Shown: positions 1 through 12,220, counted from the first letter of the stretch. The stretch: DNA of 64,000 bases from Eledone cirrhosa (GCA_964016885.1 OZ024740.1:174282001-174346000); one strand, 5' to 3'. Numbers and translations: made by a program. The notes: a model not told the origin generated them from the sequence alone.

Positions 1-1595
1 GACAGCTCCAGGAGAAGTGCATGGAACAAGGCTTGGATCTGTATCAGGTTTTTGTCGATCTGACAAAAGCTTTCGATACTGTTAACAGAGATGCATTATG
101 GAAGGTTCTCCAGAAACTTGGTTGCCCTGATAAGTTCCTTGCTTTAGTTAGGTCTTTCCATGACGACATGAAGGCTTGGGTTAATGTCGGGGGTAACATG
201 TCGGAGCCTATCTCAGTAAAAAATGGAGTGAAACAGGGGGATATTCCAGCACCAACCCTGTTTGCCATATACTTTGCAATGGTTTTCTGTATTGCATTCA
301 GGAATTGCGAGCATGGTGTTTACATCCGATATCGAACCTCAGGCAGCATATTTAACATCAGGCGCTTTGCTGCGAAGACAAAAGTATTTACATCAATCAT
401 AAGAGACCTCTTGTATGCAGATGATTGCGATCTTGTAGCGCACACAGAGAGTGATATGCAGCACATTTTGAATGCATTTTCTGACGCTTGCACTGCCCTA
501 GGTCAGACTGTCAGTCTCAAGAAAACCGTCGTCATGTACCAACCTGCCCCTGGTAAGCAGTACACTGAACCAAACATCTATGTGTATGGCAAACGACTTG
601 GAGTGGTTGATCAATTTGTCTACCTGGGAAGCACTGTCAATCGATACAGCAACCTTGACAGTGAAATCTCACTTAGGATTGGGAAAGCAAGTGATGCTTT
701 CGGAAAGCTAGAAAGGCGACTCTAGGGTCGGCGAGACATATGCAGGAGGACAAAGGTAAAGGTGTACAGGGCATGTGTGCTCTCTTGTCTTCTTTATGCC
801 TGCGAGACCTGGGTCACATATCGACACCACCTAAGGCAATTGGAGCGTTTCCATCAGATGTGTCTCAGACGGATCCATGGCGTTCACTGGAGGGACCACA
901 TCAGTGATGTCGAGATTTTGGAAAGCTCTATGTGTGACAGTATAGAAGCTCTTGTGCTTAAGCAACGACTCCGTTGGAGTGGTCACCTTGCCAGGATGAA
1001 GGATTCTAGAATACCAAAACAACTCTTTTATGGAGAATTGGTTAAAGGAAAACGACCGCCACATAAACCAAAAAAGAGGTATAAGGATTCCTTGAAAGCC
1101 TCTCTGAAAGACGCTAACATCTCTGCTGATACATGGGAGAATATTGCTGCTGATCGTAATAAATGGAGAAATACTGTATATGAGGGAAAAGTTGCCTTTG
1201 AGGCATCTCGAATCGCATACGAGAAAGTAAAGCGGGATGTGAGGAAGGGCATTGCTGTTGCACTTCCAGACGGCGAGGGTCCTCCTATGGTGCTGACATG
1301 CAGCGTATGTGCGAGACTCTGCCTAAGCAAAGCTGGACTCGAAAGTCATCTTCGCAGTCATAAAGTAAGACCAGTGGTTGACTACCAGGCTGCTGTTGGA
1401 GATGCTACTCATCATGCTTGCCAAACATGTGGTAGAGAATGTAAATCAGCAGGAGGGCTCAAGCGACATGCAAAAGTACACGAACTCCAACCACAGCCGA
1501 CTATTCCCAGTAAATGTTTTGGTTGCCGACTCTGTGCAAGACATTTTAGATCATTGGCTGGGCTAAAAAGCCACATTCGATCGCAGCGCTGTTAG
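1..1595 (+). pseudogene. RTE reverse transcriptase ORF with one premature TAG at 723-725 and three C-terminal C2H2-type zinc fingers
   Basis: ORFs 21-725 and 762-1595 are in the same frame; the stop is a likely TGG>TAG change; fingers CSVC..HLRSH, CQTC..HAKVH, CRLC..HIRSQRC. Confidence 0.9.
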
Positions 1596-1603
1596 TTGCT
1601 ATC

Positions 1604-1743
1604 GTGTGTGTGTGTGTGTGTGTGTGTAGATATGCTTATGTGTGTGCGTGTGTGTGTGTATATATATATGTATATGTATATTATTATTGTTGTTGTCGTT
1701 ATTATTATTGTTGTTATTATTATTATTATTATTATTGTTATTA

Positions 1744-1817
<74 letters not shown>

Positions 1818-1910
1818 ATATATATATATATATATATATTTCTTTTTTTTTATTTTATTTTTTTTATTTTATTTTTATTTATTTATTATTATTATTATTT
1901 TTTTTTTTTT
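1604..1910. repeat. compound microsatellite (TG)n/(TA)n/(ATT)n/T-rich inside the RTE 3' UTR
   Basis: Seen directly, between the RTE stop codon and its terminal stem-loop. Confidence 0.95.
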
Positions 1911-2575
1911 CTTCTCGTGCAATGGCCATACTCGATAACGAGGGGACAGCCATCATGTATGTATAAACGGATAAATACGGTAGATGTCTGCAGCTATAAA
2001 TAATATATACATATTTTGCAGAAAACAGACGCAGGGAAACGCAGGCAAAATAAAATATGTTAATGCGAGGATATAGGCTAACATGTATTAAAAATAGAGT
2101 ATTTATTACGCAAATAAGTATGTAAAAAAAAAATATATATATATAAAATATATAAGTATGAAATACAAAGAGTTAAAGTTATTTGGTATGTGCAAATATA
2201 TCCTGTTTAATATTTTAAACGTAAACATATGACGATACACTTGTGAGCTTGAATGTAGTGAATAAATTGAAGCTTAATGTATAAAGGTGAAAATCCAGAA
2301 GGTTGTGAATAGCATGATTATTTTAGGAAGTAAGGAATATACTGGTCAAAGTTCTGTACCTAGAATCATGTCATACAGATGTAGTGGAATAGGCTACTGG
2401 TACTAGTTTTGACGTTTAGAAAGAATTAATAAGAGAGTAGGTCAGCATATACCGGGTGCGGACGGTATTTGAGGAAAGATTTATGGTTTTAAAAAACGCT
2501 TATATAATAACAGAAAAAAACTGTATTCTTATAAAAATAACATAAACATAAAGCTATATTATCAATTTAATAATT

Positions 2576-3608
2576 TCATTCAATAAAACCACCATAAGCA
2601 TCAATAACTACCTCTACGTGTGGTTGAAGTCGTTTACAAGCTCGGATTAAGTGGTCCTTGTTCATATCGGACAGACTCGAACTATTGCGGTTTTCAAAGA
2701 ATCTGTGTGCTATGAGGGTGTTCATTGACATTTTTCTCAACGATGCTCCATACATAGTTGTCCAGTGGATTGAGATCTGGAGAATTAGGAGGCCAAATGT
2801 TGGGAGTGATGTGATCATCCAATTTTATGGCCATCCATTCTTGTATCATTTGAGCCTTGTGTGATGGTGCAGAATCTTGTTGAAAGACATAAGGCCTTCC
2901 ATTGCATACACTGTTGATCCAAGGCTTAACAACTTTATCTAGAACCTCAATATACGCAGCAGCATTCACCCTAAGGCCTTGTGGAAAAAAGTGAGGAGGA
3001 TCACATGTCCTTCATTCCTAACAACACCCAAAACTATGACACTTGCAGGAAGTTTTGTGTGCATTACTCTTTGAACCCCAGACGGGTCTGCACATAGCCA
3101 CCTGTCATTTCTTCTGTTAGTTTTGTGGTCCTGGTCAAAGTTTTTCTCATCTGAGAAAAACCAAATCACACCATCTTCTGATAGATTTTTAAGTTTGTTC
3201 AAAAGTCTTTTGGATCTGATTAAACGGTTTTCTTTTGTTTTTTCTTACATGAATTGACCTCTCCTCATCACGTAAGATTTGTATCTGATGTCTTCATGCA
3301 CAACAACATTTCTGGTGTTTTCTCTGACACACCAACATTTTTTGCAATTGACCTCATTGATTTTCCTGAATTGTCATCAATGTTTTGCTTAACTTCCTGA
3401 ATAAATTCAGGTGTCCTGATAGAATCAGAGCATTTGGAATGTTTTTTACGTTTTGATACAGGTAATACGCTTCCATTTTCTTTCTCTTGTGGACAAAAGA
3501 TCTTGCAACTTTCAGAAAACGAGAAATTTCTAAATCACCCTGCTTAGCCTTCAAAGCCACAATGATAGCATGCCTTTTCATTTCTTTAGTAAGCATAGTT
3601 ATTTTCAT
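2576..3608 (-). pseudogene. DD37D transposase, frameshifted
   Basis: N-terminal HTH-like region, FSDEK, FQQDSAPSH, WPPNSPDLNPLD; 37 residues counted between the second and third Asp. Confidence 0.9.
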
Positions 3609-3658
3609 TGTTATTTTCTGAAATAGAAGTTCAATAAAAATTAGTCAAATAAAATAAT

Positions 3659-3848
3659 TGTTTCTACTTTTTGGCACAAGGCCAGCATATACCCAGTGCA
3701 TTACTGGTACTTTATTTCATCGACCCCGTAAGGATGAAAGGCAAAGTTAACCTCGGCAGGATTCAAATTCAGAATGGCAAGGGCCGTAACTCTATGCATC
3801 AAAGCATAGCGCCCGACCCTCTACCGATACTGCCAATCCACTGCCCTT
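3659..3848 (-). mobile_element. full-length tRNA-derived SINE (Meta/MESC-like central domain) nested in the maT element
   Basis: A/B-box-like head, GCCTTTCATCCTTACGGGGTCGAT core, GGCCTTGTGCC..AGTAGAAACAATTATT tail; 15-bp TSD gtcaaataaaataat at 3644-3658 and 3849-3863. Confidence 0.9.
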
Positions 3849-4610
3849 GTCAAATAAAATAATGACTAAAAATGCATGTCCTCAAACACCGTCCGCACCC
3901 TGTATATGTATAAAAACATTCAACCAGTGGAAGATTGAAAAAGTATTGAGAAAAATATGTTTTTCACCAAGGAAAAGAGTAAATAAGATATTGAGAGTGG
4001 TGCAGAGCATTGATGTAGGGAATACTTTACTAGTAAACAGGTATTGAAAAGAAAAAGAAATGAAAGAAAAAATAGATGCTAAGATGGTATGCCTTAAAGG
4101 ATAAACTAGAAATAAGTATCTTTAGAGACTTGTAGAAAATAGAAAATAGGAACACATGTAAAACAACCTACACTGGTGTTAGATTAAAGTAAGGTAGTAT
4201 ATAGATATAAAAAGTTCGAAAGATAACAGGTAGAATGGAAACTCGGTAAGATACGATATATTCACAGGAGATCAATAAAATCAGAAAACCTTCAGAGAAC
4301 AGTAAGAGTCAATTAAGGAAAAGTTTTGCAAGGCATTTTGAGACATTGTTATTATAAGTAAACGTGGTTCAAACATGCATATCTATAATATAACAGGAGA
4401 CAAGTGTTCATATATATATTTGGGGATTGTAACGTCCAGTTAGTGTAGGTTCACCAGAGTAAGCACTCGATGCGTAGTTTCCAGTAGGAGTATGTAGGTA
4501 TATTGGTGTAGTAATAAGCAGAGTGTAATACTAATAATAACCTTGAGCTGATCAATCGCGAAACGCACATCAAAACTCAATAAATGTAAAGAAGACCTAA
4601 CACTTCGTCC

Positions 4611-4613
<3 letters not shown>

Positions 4614-4650
<37 letters not shown>
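4614..4650. repeat. (TAA)n microsatellite at the 3' end of the Dong LINE
   Basis: Seen directly. Confidence 0.95.
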
Positions 4651-4651
<1 letters not shown>

Positions 4652-7600
4652 GTTGCATTTATCTTGCTTTATGTTCATACGAGTTATCATCAAGTCACAA
4701 CCAGTGACCTCAAGAGACAACAAGGTCCGCCATGTTCAAGAAAGAACATACATACACACACATACATCTTTATGTGTTTAGACTTGTGATGTACTTATAT
4801 TGACAGAATCTTCCTTAGTATATGGACAGTTCCCATTCGTACTATCTTTTGTATTTCTCCTATACGCGGGTTTCCTGGGATTTGCGATAAGTAATCATTA
4901 GACGCCTTAGGTATCATTCCTAGAGCGCCTACAACTACTGGTATTGTTTTAGTTCTCAATTTCCACATTTTTCCAATTTCTGTCTCCAGGTCCTTATACT
5001 TGCTCAATTTTTCAAATGTTTTTATAGATACATTCTTGTCTATTGGAACAGACATATCAATTAGCAGGCATACCCTCTTTTTAAAGTCCTTCAATATTAT
5101 ATCAGGTTTATTTGCATCTATTTTTCGGTCTGTTTGGATGCTAAAGTTCCACAAGTATGGGAGGTGGTTGATGCTCCCACCAATTCTTTTGATGGGGCAG
5201 GTCAAAATGCTTACACATTATCCAATGTATGTATTGTGCAGCTCTGTCATGCATGTTTAGGTATTCGGTTGGAGCTATAGGACTGCACATTGAAATTATA
5301 TGATCAATGGTCTCTGGTTGTTTTTTACATACACGGCATAATGGGTTGCATCCATTTTTTATTATGTTGGCTTGGTAATTTTTTGTTGGCAGACACTGAT
5401 CTTGTGCTAATATAATCAGTCCTTCAGTCTCCGATTTCAGTTCAGAGGATGCCAACCACTGATGGGTTAAAGTTTTGTCAAAATCAGAATTGTTAGCTCT
5501 TTCTGGATATTTTCCATACAGAGGCTTTTCTTGCCATTTCTTAGCCAGTTTCTGTAGCAGTTCTTTCTTTGCAGTTACTTTTACCTGCTTTGCTTTTTCT
5601 GTGTTTTTCATTTCAGCAGTAAATGGAACTTCTGAAATTTGTAGTCCATTACTGTATCTTTGTACATCTTTTGTAATGGAGTATGATCTTTTGATGCTTT
5701 CGTGCTTCAAAACGAGTTTGATCATCCAATCATGTGATTCCCTTAGATATGTAGATAATCCAATTGTTGCAGTTTTCAACGCAATATCTAACTGGATTAA
5801 CCCACGTCCTCCTTCTTTCCTAGGGAGATATATTCTATCTGTATCTGCCTTAGGGTGATGCACTCTGTGCATGGTTAAGAATTTTCTAATTTTTGTATCG
5901 AGCCTACGGATCTCTGTGCTTGACCAGTTGATGACATTGTAACTGTAGGTTACTACTGGTATGGCAAGCGTGTTTATGGCATCGATCCTATTCCTTGCAT
6001 TCAATTCCGTTCTTAAGATTGCTCTTACTCTGCGGTAACATTCCTTCCTTATCCTTTCCCTCATTGTCGAGTGCTTGATTCCGTCTCCTTCACAATCACC
6101 TAGATATTTGTAAGTTTCCTCTTGATCAAGTTCTCTTATCACATTCCCCCGATCAAGATTAATGTCTGAACTTTTCAGCAGCTTTCCTCTGGTGAACGTT
6201 GCTTTGGCGCATTTATATAGTCCAAACTCCGTTTTAATGTCATCACTGAACTGCTTCACAGTGGATAATAGCCCTTGCAATTGTTCATCATTTTTTTGCA
6301 ACTAGTTTCAGGTCATCCATGTAGAACAAGTGATTAATGGTTTTGTCATAGACTTTATATCCATGTTTTGTTTCATTGAGCATTTTACTTAATGCGATGC
6401 AGAATAAAAGCGGTGATAAAGAGTCACCCTGAAAAATTCCACAATTAATATTAACCTCTCCAGCTTCCAGTGATTTTTTTTTCACTATTCAAAAGGAGTG
6501 TCGTTTTCCATGTCTTCATGCTGAATGACAGGAACCTCCTGACAACGGAAGATATTTTGAAAATCTCTAAACATTTTTCAATCCAACTGTGTGGAAAACT
6601 ATCGAATGCTTTTTTATAATCTATCCAAGCAATTGAAAGATTTTTGTCTCTATTATGACAATCTTCCAGTATCATTTTGTTAACCAAAAGCTGATCTTTA
6701 CAGCCATATGAGCCTCGTTTACACCCTTTCTGCTCATTGGGAAATAGATCATTTGTTATCAGGTGGTCATATGTATATTCAGTTAGGACTGATGTTAAAA
6801 TTTTATACATTGTGGTCAAGCAAGTTATCGGTCTGTAATTTTGGGGATTGTTTGTCTCATCATTCTTCGGAAGCAGGAATGTAATGCCGTTAACTAGCCA
6901 TGATGGTATCTTTTCTGGCTCCTTAACTATTTCATTGTAAAGTTGGGCTAACAGCTCATGAGACTCTTTGAAGGCATTTATCCAAAAATTTGGTATTTTG
7001 TCTTTTCCTAGGCATTTCCATTTGCTGGTTTTTCTAAGAGCCAAACGCAACTGTTCAACTGTTATATTTTCCCATATTTGTTCCTCAAGGTGAGCTGTAT
7101 CTTTCATTTGTCTGTCTATCCATGGGGCATCTATATTATGAACTTTTTCTTCGGCCCAGATCTTTACCCAGAATTCTTGCACTTGGGTGGTATTGATTTA
7201 GCAGTTATTGTTGACTTGCCAATTTTTCTGTAGAAGTTTCTTTGGTTGTTTTTGAACATATTATTGTCTAGATCGTTTTTCAAAGCGCCTTATACGAGCA
7301 GCTTTGGCCGACATTTTTTGCTTGATTATTTCTATCAGCATGTCTATGTCACTTGTTGATTTTATACTGTATTTTCTTTTCAATTTTCTAAGTTTAGTTT
7401 GTTTAACATGTTCACCTACTTTGTAGTTTGTTAAAATTTCTATGTCAGATCGGAGAAGGTTTATTTGGCGATTGATGTTCTCTTGCCAAGTAGATTTCTT
7501 GTGTGAATTCCTTTGTTTTTTCATTTTCACTCCACATAAGTGAGTGGTGACTTTAGCTGATGCATAATAGAGATGATTTAGATCAGTAATGTTTAGTTTG

Positions 7601-8570
7601 TTTGTGATGATAATGTTTTTGAGAATTATGTTAGTCTTGTGTATTATCTTTTGGTTCTGTTTGGAGTTCTGGATCTTAGGGAGGGTGTCTCGTTCCGCCA
7701 TGTCAGATTCTTTCATTTTCATCCATTCAATCATAATTTCATCCTTCAAGTTGGCAAGTTCATTCTCATTCATTTCTTTATCATTTATGATCTCATTGTT
7801 TTCATTTTGAATTTCATATTGAGCATGCAATCCCTCCACTTTTTCGATCCTTTCTTTAATTTCTTCTGTTGTCAGTGATTCCGCCCCAACCCTGGGATTC
7901 GAAGTGTTACAATTTACCTCGTTTTCACTGACACATGTTTCATTTTCCCTTCGCTGACTTTGTGCTAATAGCTTGATCTGATCAATTTCTATATCAGTTA
8001 GTAACTTTTTTTAAACAACATTTCTTCGTATATTGGCTAGTTTGTTACTGTCAATATAGCCTCTGTTTTCGGGATGTTTCTTTTTCCAGTTGATATATGT
8101 CTGTTCTGTATTCGATCTATTTGATGGGTAGTACATGGCAGTGTAGAAAGCCTCAAGGATTTCTTTATTGTCTTCCCTTAACCATTTTTCTCTCTTTTTC
8201 TTTGGATTTCTTGGTGGTGAGCATGGAGGGCCAACAGTAGGGGTATTCCGGTTATGGGAGGTCTCCAACTCCGAAGTGATGGGAGAGTTTGAACCATTAA
8301 CTGATTTTTCGACCCCAGTCTGGTTCCTCTCCGAGGGACGCGGCCCTTTTTGACCCGGGTGACGGCCGATCCGGTATGAGATTTTATCATTTGACATTTA
8401 CTTTATTTTGTCGCGTTTTATCCTTAACCGCCAATGGGTAATCATTTCGTGTTACCACTTCTAGGACGAGTGTCAACCCAGACTAGAGAGGTCGTCCTCC
8501 CCTAGAGACACGGCTATTCCCCGCCGGCCGCCATCCCGGTATTTCTTGGTCACGGGGTTTTCTTTATTTG
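4651..8570 (-). mobile_element. R4/Dong-clade LINE (RLE endonuclease), full length, 3' end at (TAA)n
   Basis: Single long ORF in fragments: RT (YRPITCL, GIFQGDSLSP, FYMDDLKL), CCHC (CRVC..ETIDHIISMC), RLE (NKPDII..LIDMSVP..KYKDL); GC-rich 5' leader. Confidence 0.93.
4795..8397 (-). pseudogene. R4/Dong RT-RLE polyprotein with several frameshifts and stops
   Basis: Collinear ORF pieces 8011-8397, 7261-7839, 6451-7182, 6288-6485, 5141-6301, 4795-5205. Confidence 0.9.
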
Positions 8571-8579
8571 TTGTTTTTT

Positions 8580-9553
8580 AAATTGTTATTATCATGAGTG
8601 GTTCCTTAATGTGAGCATTGCGTGGCTTAAGAATGAAATTATTATTAATAATATAATATACTTTTTGTTGAAGTTGCCTGTTGTTGTTGGCTATGTCGGT
8701 AGTGGTGCTGGGGCTTTTTCTATTGTTGGTGGGGAAGGGGGGGGGGACAGCAGTGCCATAGTCGTTAATGTTTGACCGGGTCACTGAGTCAGTCTATTTA
8801 TATCTTTTGCTAGACTCTCCCTTGTCTAGTGAAACTTTACCGTTTCTTAAATTAACAGAAGGTAGTGGGGAAATAGTGGTGGTAGCAATGAAGGAGTGGT
8901 GGCGGCGGTGGTGGGATAGTGGTAGCAATGATGGAGTGGTGGCGGCGATGACTATAGTGATGGCGTTGTCGTTACTGAGTTCTGTTGAATAGACTGTAGT
9001 AGGATGCGTTTGTTTGATCTGTATATCTATGCGGTTTGTCGCGTATGTTTAATATATGTGTTGACATATTTTCTTAATATTTGAATTAAATATTTTGAGA
9101 AAACTTGAGATACAATAATATTAATTATTATTATTATACTAGCCTTGTGCTTAAAGTAGAAACAATTATTATTATGCTGGGCTTGGTGGTGGTGGTGGTG
9201 AAATTGCGTTATCTAGCTGTTGTATTTAGTGTACACAGAGGGGTGATGGGATAGGTGGTGTATCTAGGTTGTTGTGGTGGTGAAATTGTTGTTATTTGGC
9301 TGTTCTATATAGTGTAGACAGAGGGGGTTTTCTTCCATTTATAACAATTTTCTTTTTTGAATATAAAATTTATAATATAAAATTGAATATTTGAGCGATA
9401 TAACAGGATATTATGGGTTCTCATTTCCTGAGAGCTAGGCCTGGTGCTTTATGTCCCATTTGTACTAACAATTGTTATATCACAATTGTTTTAAATATGT
9501 TAAAAATCAAAAACTTACGGGAGCGATTCTATAACACTCTATCTACCACGTGC
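8580..9553 (-). mobile_element. probable decayed 5' portion (5' UTR plus ORF1 start) of an L1/Tx1-type LINE
   Basis: 9420-9550 resembles the Tx1 5' UTRs at ~25730-25858 and ~45670-45807; Thr/Asn/Pro-rich low-complexity sequence follows; flanked by (TTC)n. Confidence 0.4.
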
Positions 9554-9554
9554 T

Positions 9555-9628
<74 letters not shown>

Positions 9629-9726
9629 TAGACAAAGTCACAAATACATATATGCGTTTGGCAACCATTCACGGTGTGGCTCAATGAAGAATTAATTAAA
9701 TAATTATTTATCAGAGCAATTTACAA

Positions 9727-10012
9727 AAATGTAAGTCCAAAGAATCATTTAAACGAGGCTATAAGTTTAAAATGTTCTTCCGTGTAGTTAACTATTTGTC
9801 TAGTCAATTTCTACAGGCTAGGAGAAATACTAGATAGATGTCATATAGCTGTACATCGTGGAAAAGAATCTGTATCATTTATCTATTATTTCTTCATAAG
9901 TACATTTTAAACTTATATCCTCGTTTATATGATTTTTTGTGTGGTTAATTTATACTTATTGGGAGAGGAGTACTGTATATATTTTATCTAATGATTCTTT
10001 GGACTTACATTT
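9727..10012. repeat. short interrupted inverted repeat next to (TA)n
   Basis: aaatgtaagtccaaagaatcatt (~9727-9749) vs aatgattctttggacttacattt (~9990-10012); aaacgaggctataagtttaaaatgt vs acattttaaacttatatcctcgttt (~9902-9926). Confidence 0.7.
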
Positions 10013-10151
10013 ATATATATATATATATATATATTGGAATTTCGTATTTCTAAAGACGGTATGTTTATAGATAAACATTTAGAAAGTCGTAGCTATGCAA
10101 TACACCGGGGCTATCGTCCTCTGGTGGTGTCCAGCAAAAGCAAGGAGGACA

Positions 10152-10195
10152 ATCGTCGATGCATTTCGAACTTAACTGGTTCTCATCAGGACGAT
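10152..10195 (-). ncRNA. minimal type I hammerhead ribozyme, intact core
   Basis: Minus strand reads AUCGUC-CUGAUGA-GAAC(CAGUUAA)GUUC-GAAA-UGCA-UC/GACGAU; stems I and II pair fully; stem III is the palindrome AUGCAU. Confidence 0.88.
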
Positions 10196-10324
10196 CACTC
10201 CCACTCTTGCGACTGCTGCGAAAACAAGCGAGAATATATAGTTTTCTCGTCTGTGTAAATGAGGTGATTAATCTCATTTGCATATGGAGCTGCATAAGTT
10301 GGCTCAACTTATAATAGAATAGAA

Positions 10325-10830
10325 TTAGGATTTAGTTTCATGCATAGCTGTATACAGATATGAAAACGTCTCAGTTTGCTCAGGAAATTCTCTGAGTTTG
10401 GATGCAATAGTATCTGCATACCTCGTCTTGACTTCCTTATCCACCAACGCTTCCCACTGTATCCTGCCAGATTTTTGGGCTTCTTTGGTTTTGGGTAGTA
10501 TCAAATTGTAGATAATTCGATGGTGATCAGTTGACAGCTCAACCCCTCTCTTAACATGAACACCCATCACAGAATCGAAGAGATCAGAGACAATATCAAA
10601 ATCAATTATTGGTCTCTGTCCCTGATTCCCCTTATACCATGTATATTCATGGATGTCTCTCTGGTGGAAGAACGTGTTCATAATAAAGTGTCCATTGCTA
10701 TAATAGAAGTCAAATAAGGCCTCTCCATTCTTATTTAGATCGGGATCGCCATTCCTTCCAATCACTCATTTCCATGTCAGGTGGTCAGTGCCAACATGTG
10801 CAAAGAAGTCTCCCATCAGGATATATGACG
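10325..10830 (-). mobile_element. RTE-clade LINE fragment (AP endonuclease C-terminal half)
   Basis: MGDF.AHVG, IGRNG..LNKNG, MNTFF, YTWY, IDF, STDHH. Confidence 0.82.
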
Positions 10831-10962
10831 CAGTCTTAACTACAACGAATGCTGTAGTAGCCTAGTAGTACGTATGTTGGCCTAGTAGTACGTATTAGAG
10901 ACGGTGGATATTCTGGTCTGGGGTTCAGTCCTGCCTGGTCAGGGGCTACACACACCGGTCTT

Positions 10963-11024
<62 letters not shown>

Positions 11025-11604
11025 GTTAAAATCGATCTCCTGTGAAGTACTTCAGAGAAAACAGATCAACATTCATGAATTAAGGTATTAATGTGCATGA
11101 ATGTTGCACTATAGAAATTATTTTTCTACGCCATTATGTTCTGATGTACGCATCAGAACACACGTTCCACTAAATACTTCACTGTGAAATCATAAATATA
11201 ACCACATCAGTATTATGAATATTGGTTACACTTAGTATTAACCTTCACCAGCTATATGAATCATTGGTCCTGAATCAAGTGGGGATGTGTATTTCTCAGA
11301 AAATGCTTCATTTCTGCTTCGTTTGCTCACCGGTCGTGTTAATAGTCACAGGTAGCAACGCAGCTAGGACGAAATTCATCAAGATTATATTATTAATGGT
11401 TCATTTATAAAGTGTTGCAGTACGTATCGATATTATACTGTAATTACGAGCTTTAAATTTTCATTTAGTTTGTTTGTTTAATGTAATAGAATAAACGATC
11501 AAGTAGAAATATTTATTAGAGCTACACTGACTTATTTATGCACCTCGTTAGGAGGAAGTGTGCTTTGATGCGTATGAAACTTCAGTATTATTATTGTATG
11601 GACG

Positions 11605-11763
11605 CCATGCTTTGACGCATTGAGTTACGGCCCTTTCCATTCTGAGTTCAAATCCCGCCGAGGTTAACTTTGCCTTTCATCCTTACGGGGTCGATAAAAT
11701 AAAGTACCAGTAATACACTGGGTATTTGCTGGCCTTGTGCCAAAAGTAGAAACAATTATTATT
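11605..11763 (+). mobile_element. 5'-truncated tRNA-derived SINE, same family as 3659-3848
   Basis: B box GAGTTCAAATCC, central core and tail; duplicated flank attattattgtatggacg at ~11587-11604 and ~11755-11772. Confidence 0.9.
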
Positions 11764-11825
11764 GTATGGACGTTGTATAAACAAATGGCTAAGAAGATTG
11801 TGTCACAATCATAAGGTCTGAAGTT

Positions 11826-12104
11826 TATATATATATAGTATATATATATATATGTGTATATATATATGTATATATATATATGTATATATATATAGTATAT
11901 ATATATATGTATATATATGTATATATATATATATATGTATATATATGTATATATATATATGTGTATATATATATAGTATATATATATATGTATATATATA
12001 TATATGTGTATATATATATATAGTATATATATATATGTATATATATATATGTACATATATATATATGTATATATATATATATGTATATATGTATATATAT
12101 ATAG

Positions 12105-12150
<46 letters not shown>

Positions 12151-12220
12151 GTATATATATATATGTATATATATATATATAGTATATATATATATATATA
12201 CAGTATATATATATATATAT
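11826..12220. repeat. long degenerate (TA)n microsatellite
   Basis: Seen directly. Confidence 0.97.

Larger units (their letters stand above)
1..1963 (+). mobile_element. RTE-clade (BovB-like) LINE, 3' half; 5' part lies outside the window
   Basis: RT motifs FVDLTKAFD, GVKQGD, LLYADD; RTE-type C-terminus (LRWSGHLARM..RIPKQLFYGEL); terminal GCAATGGCCATACTCG..CGAG..CAGCC stem-loop and (ATGT)n tail at ~1918-1963. Confidence 0.93.
2452..3902 (-). mobile_element. Tc1/mariner DNA transposon, DD37D (maT) family, decayed
   Basis: 24-bp TIRs (ccgggtgcggacggtatttgagga / tcctcaaacaccgtccgcaccctg, 2 mismatches); TA on both sides; transposase fragments inside. Confidence 0.93.

Noticed and set aside
1596-2003. 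ORFs rich in CV/YI/HT/ER dipeptides or homopolymers (also ~11664-12330, 21079-21841, 33239-33577, 43146-44048, 46008-46331, 48008-49709)
   Set aside because: They are translations of microsatellites, not genes.
1970-4610. AT-rich DNA on both sides of the maT element that may be an old PLE, including a hammerhead-like gcgaaacgcacatc at ~4548-4572
   Set aside because: Too decayed: no convincing protein motif, and the ribozyme core and stems cannot be completed.
8410-8560. HDV-like ribozyme at the Dong 5' end
   Set aside because: The nested double pseudoknot and the L3 and J4/2 consensus could not be fitted; kept only as a structured-leader finding.
11137-11160. short hairpin tgttctgatg-tacg-catcagaaca
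   Set aside because: CTGATG is not followed by a hammerhead arrangement; an isolated 10-bp stem can arise by chance.
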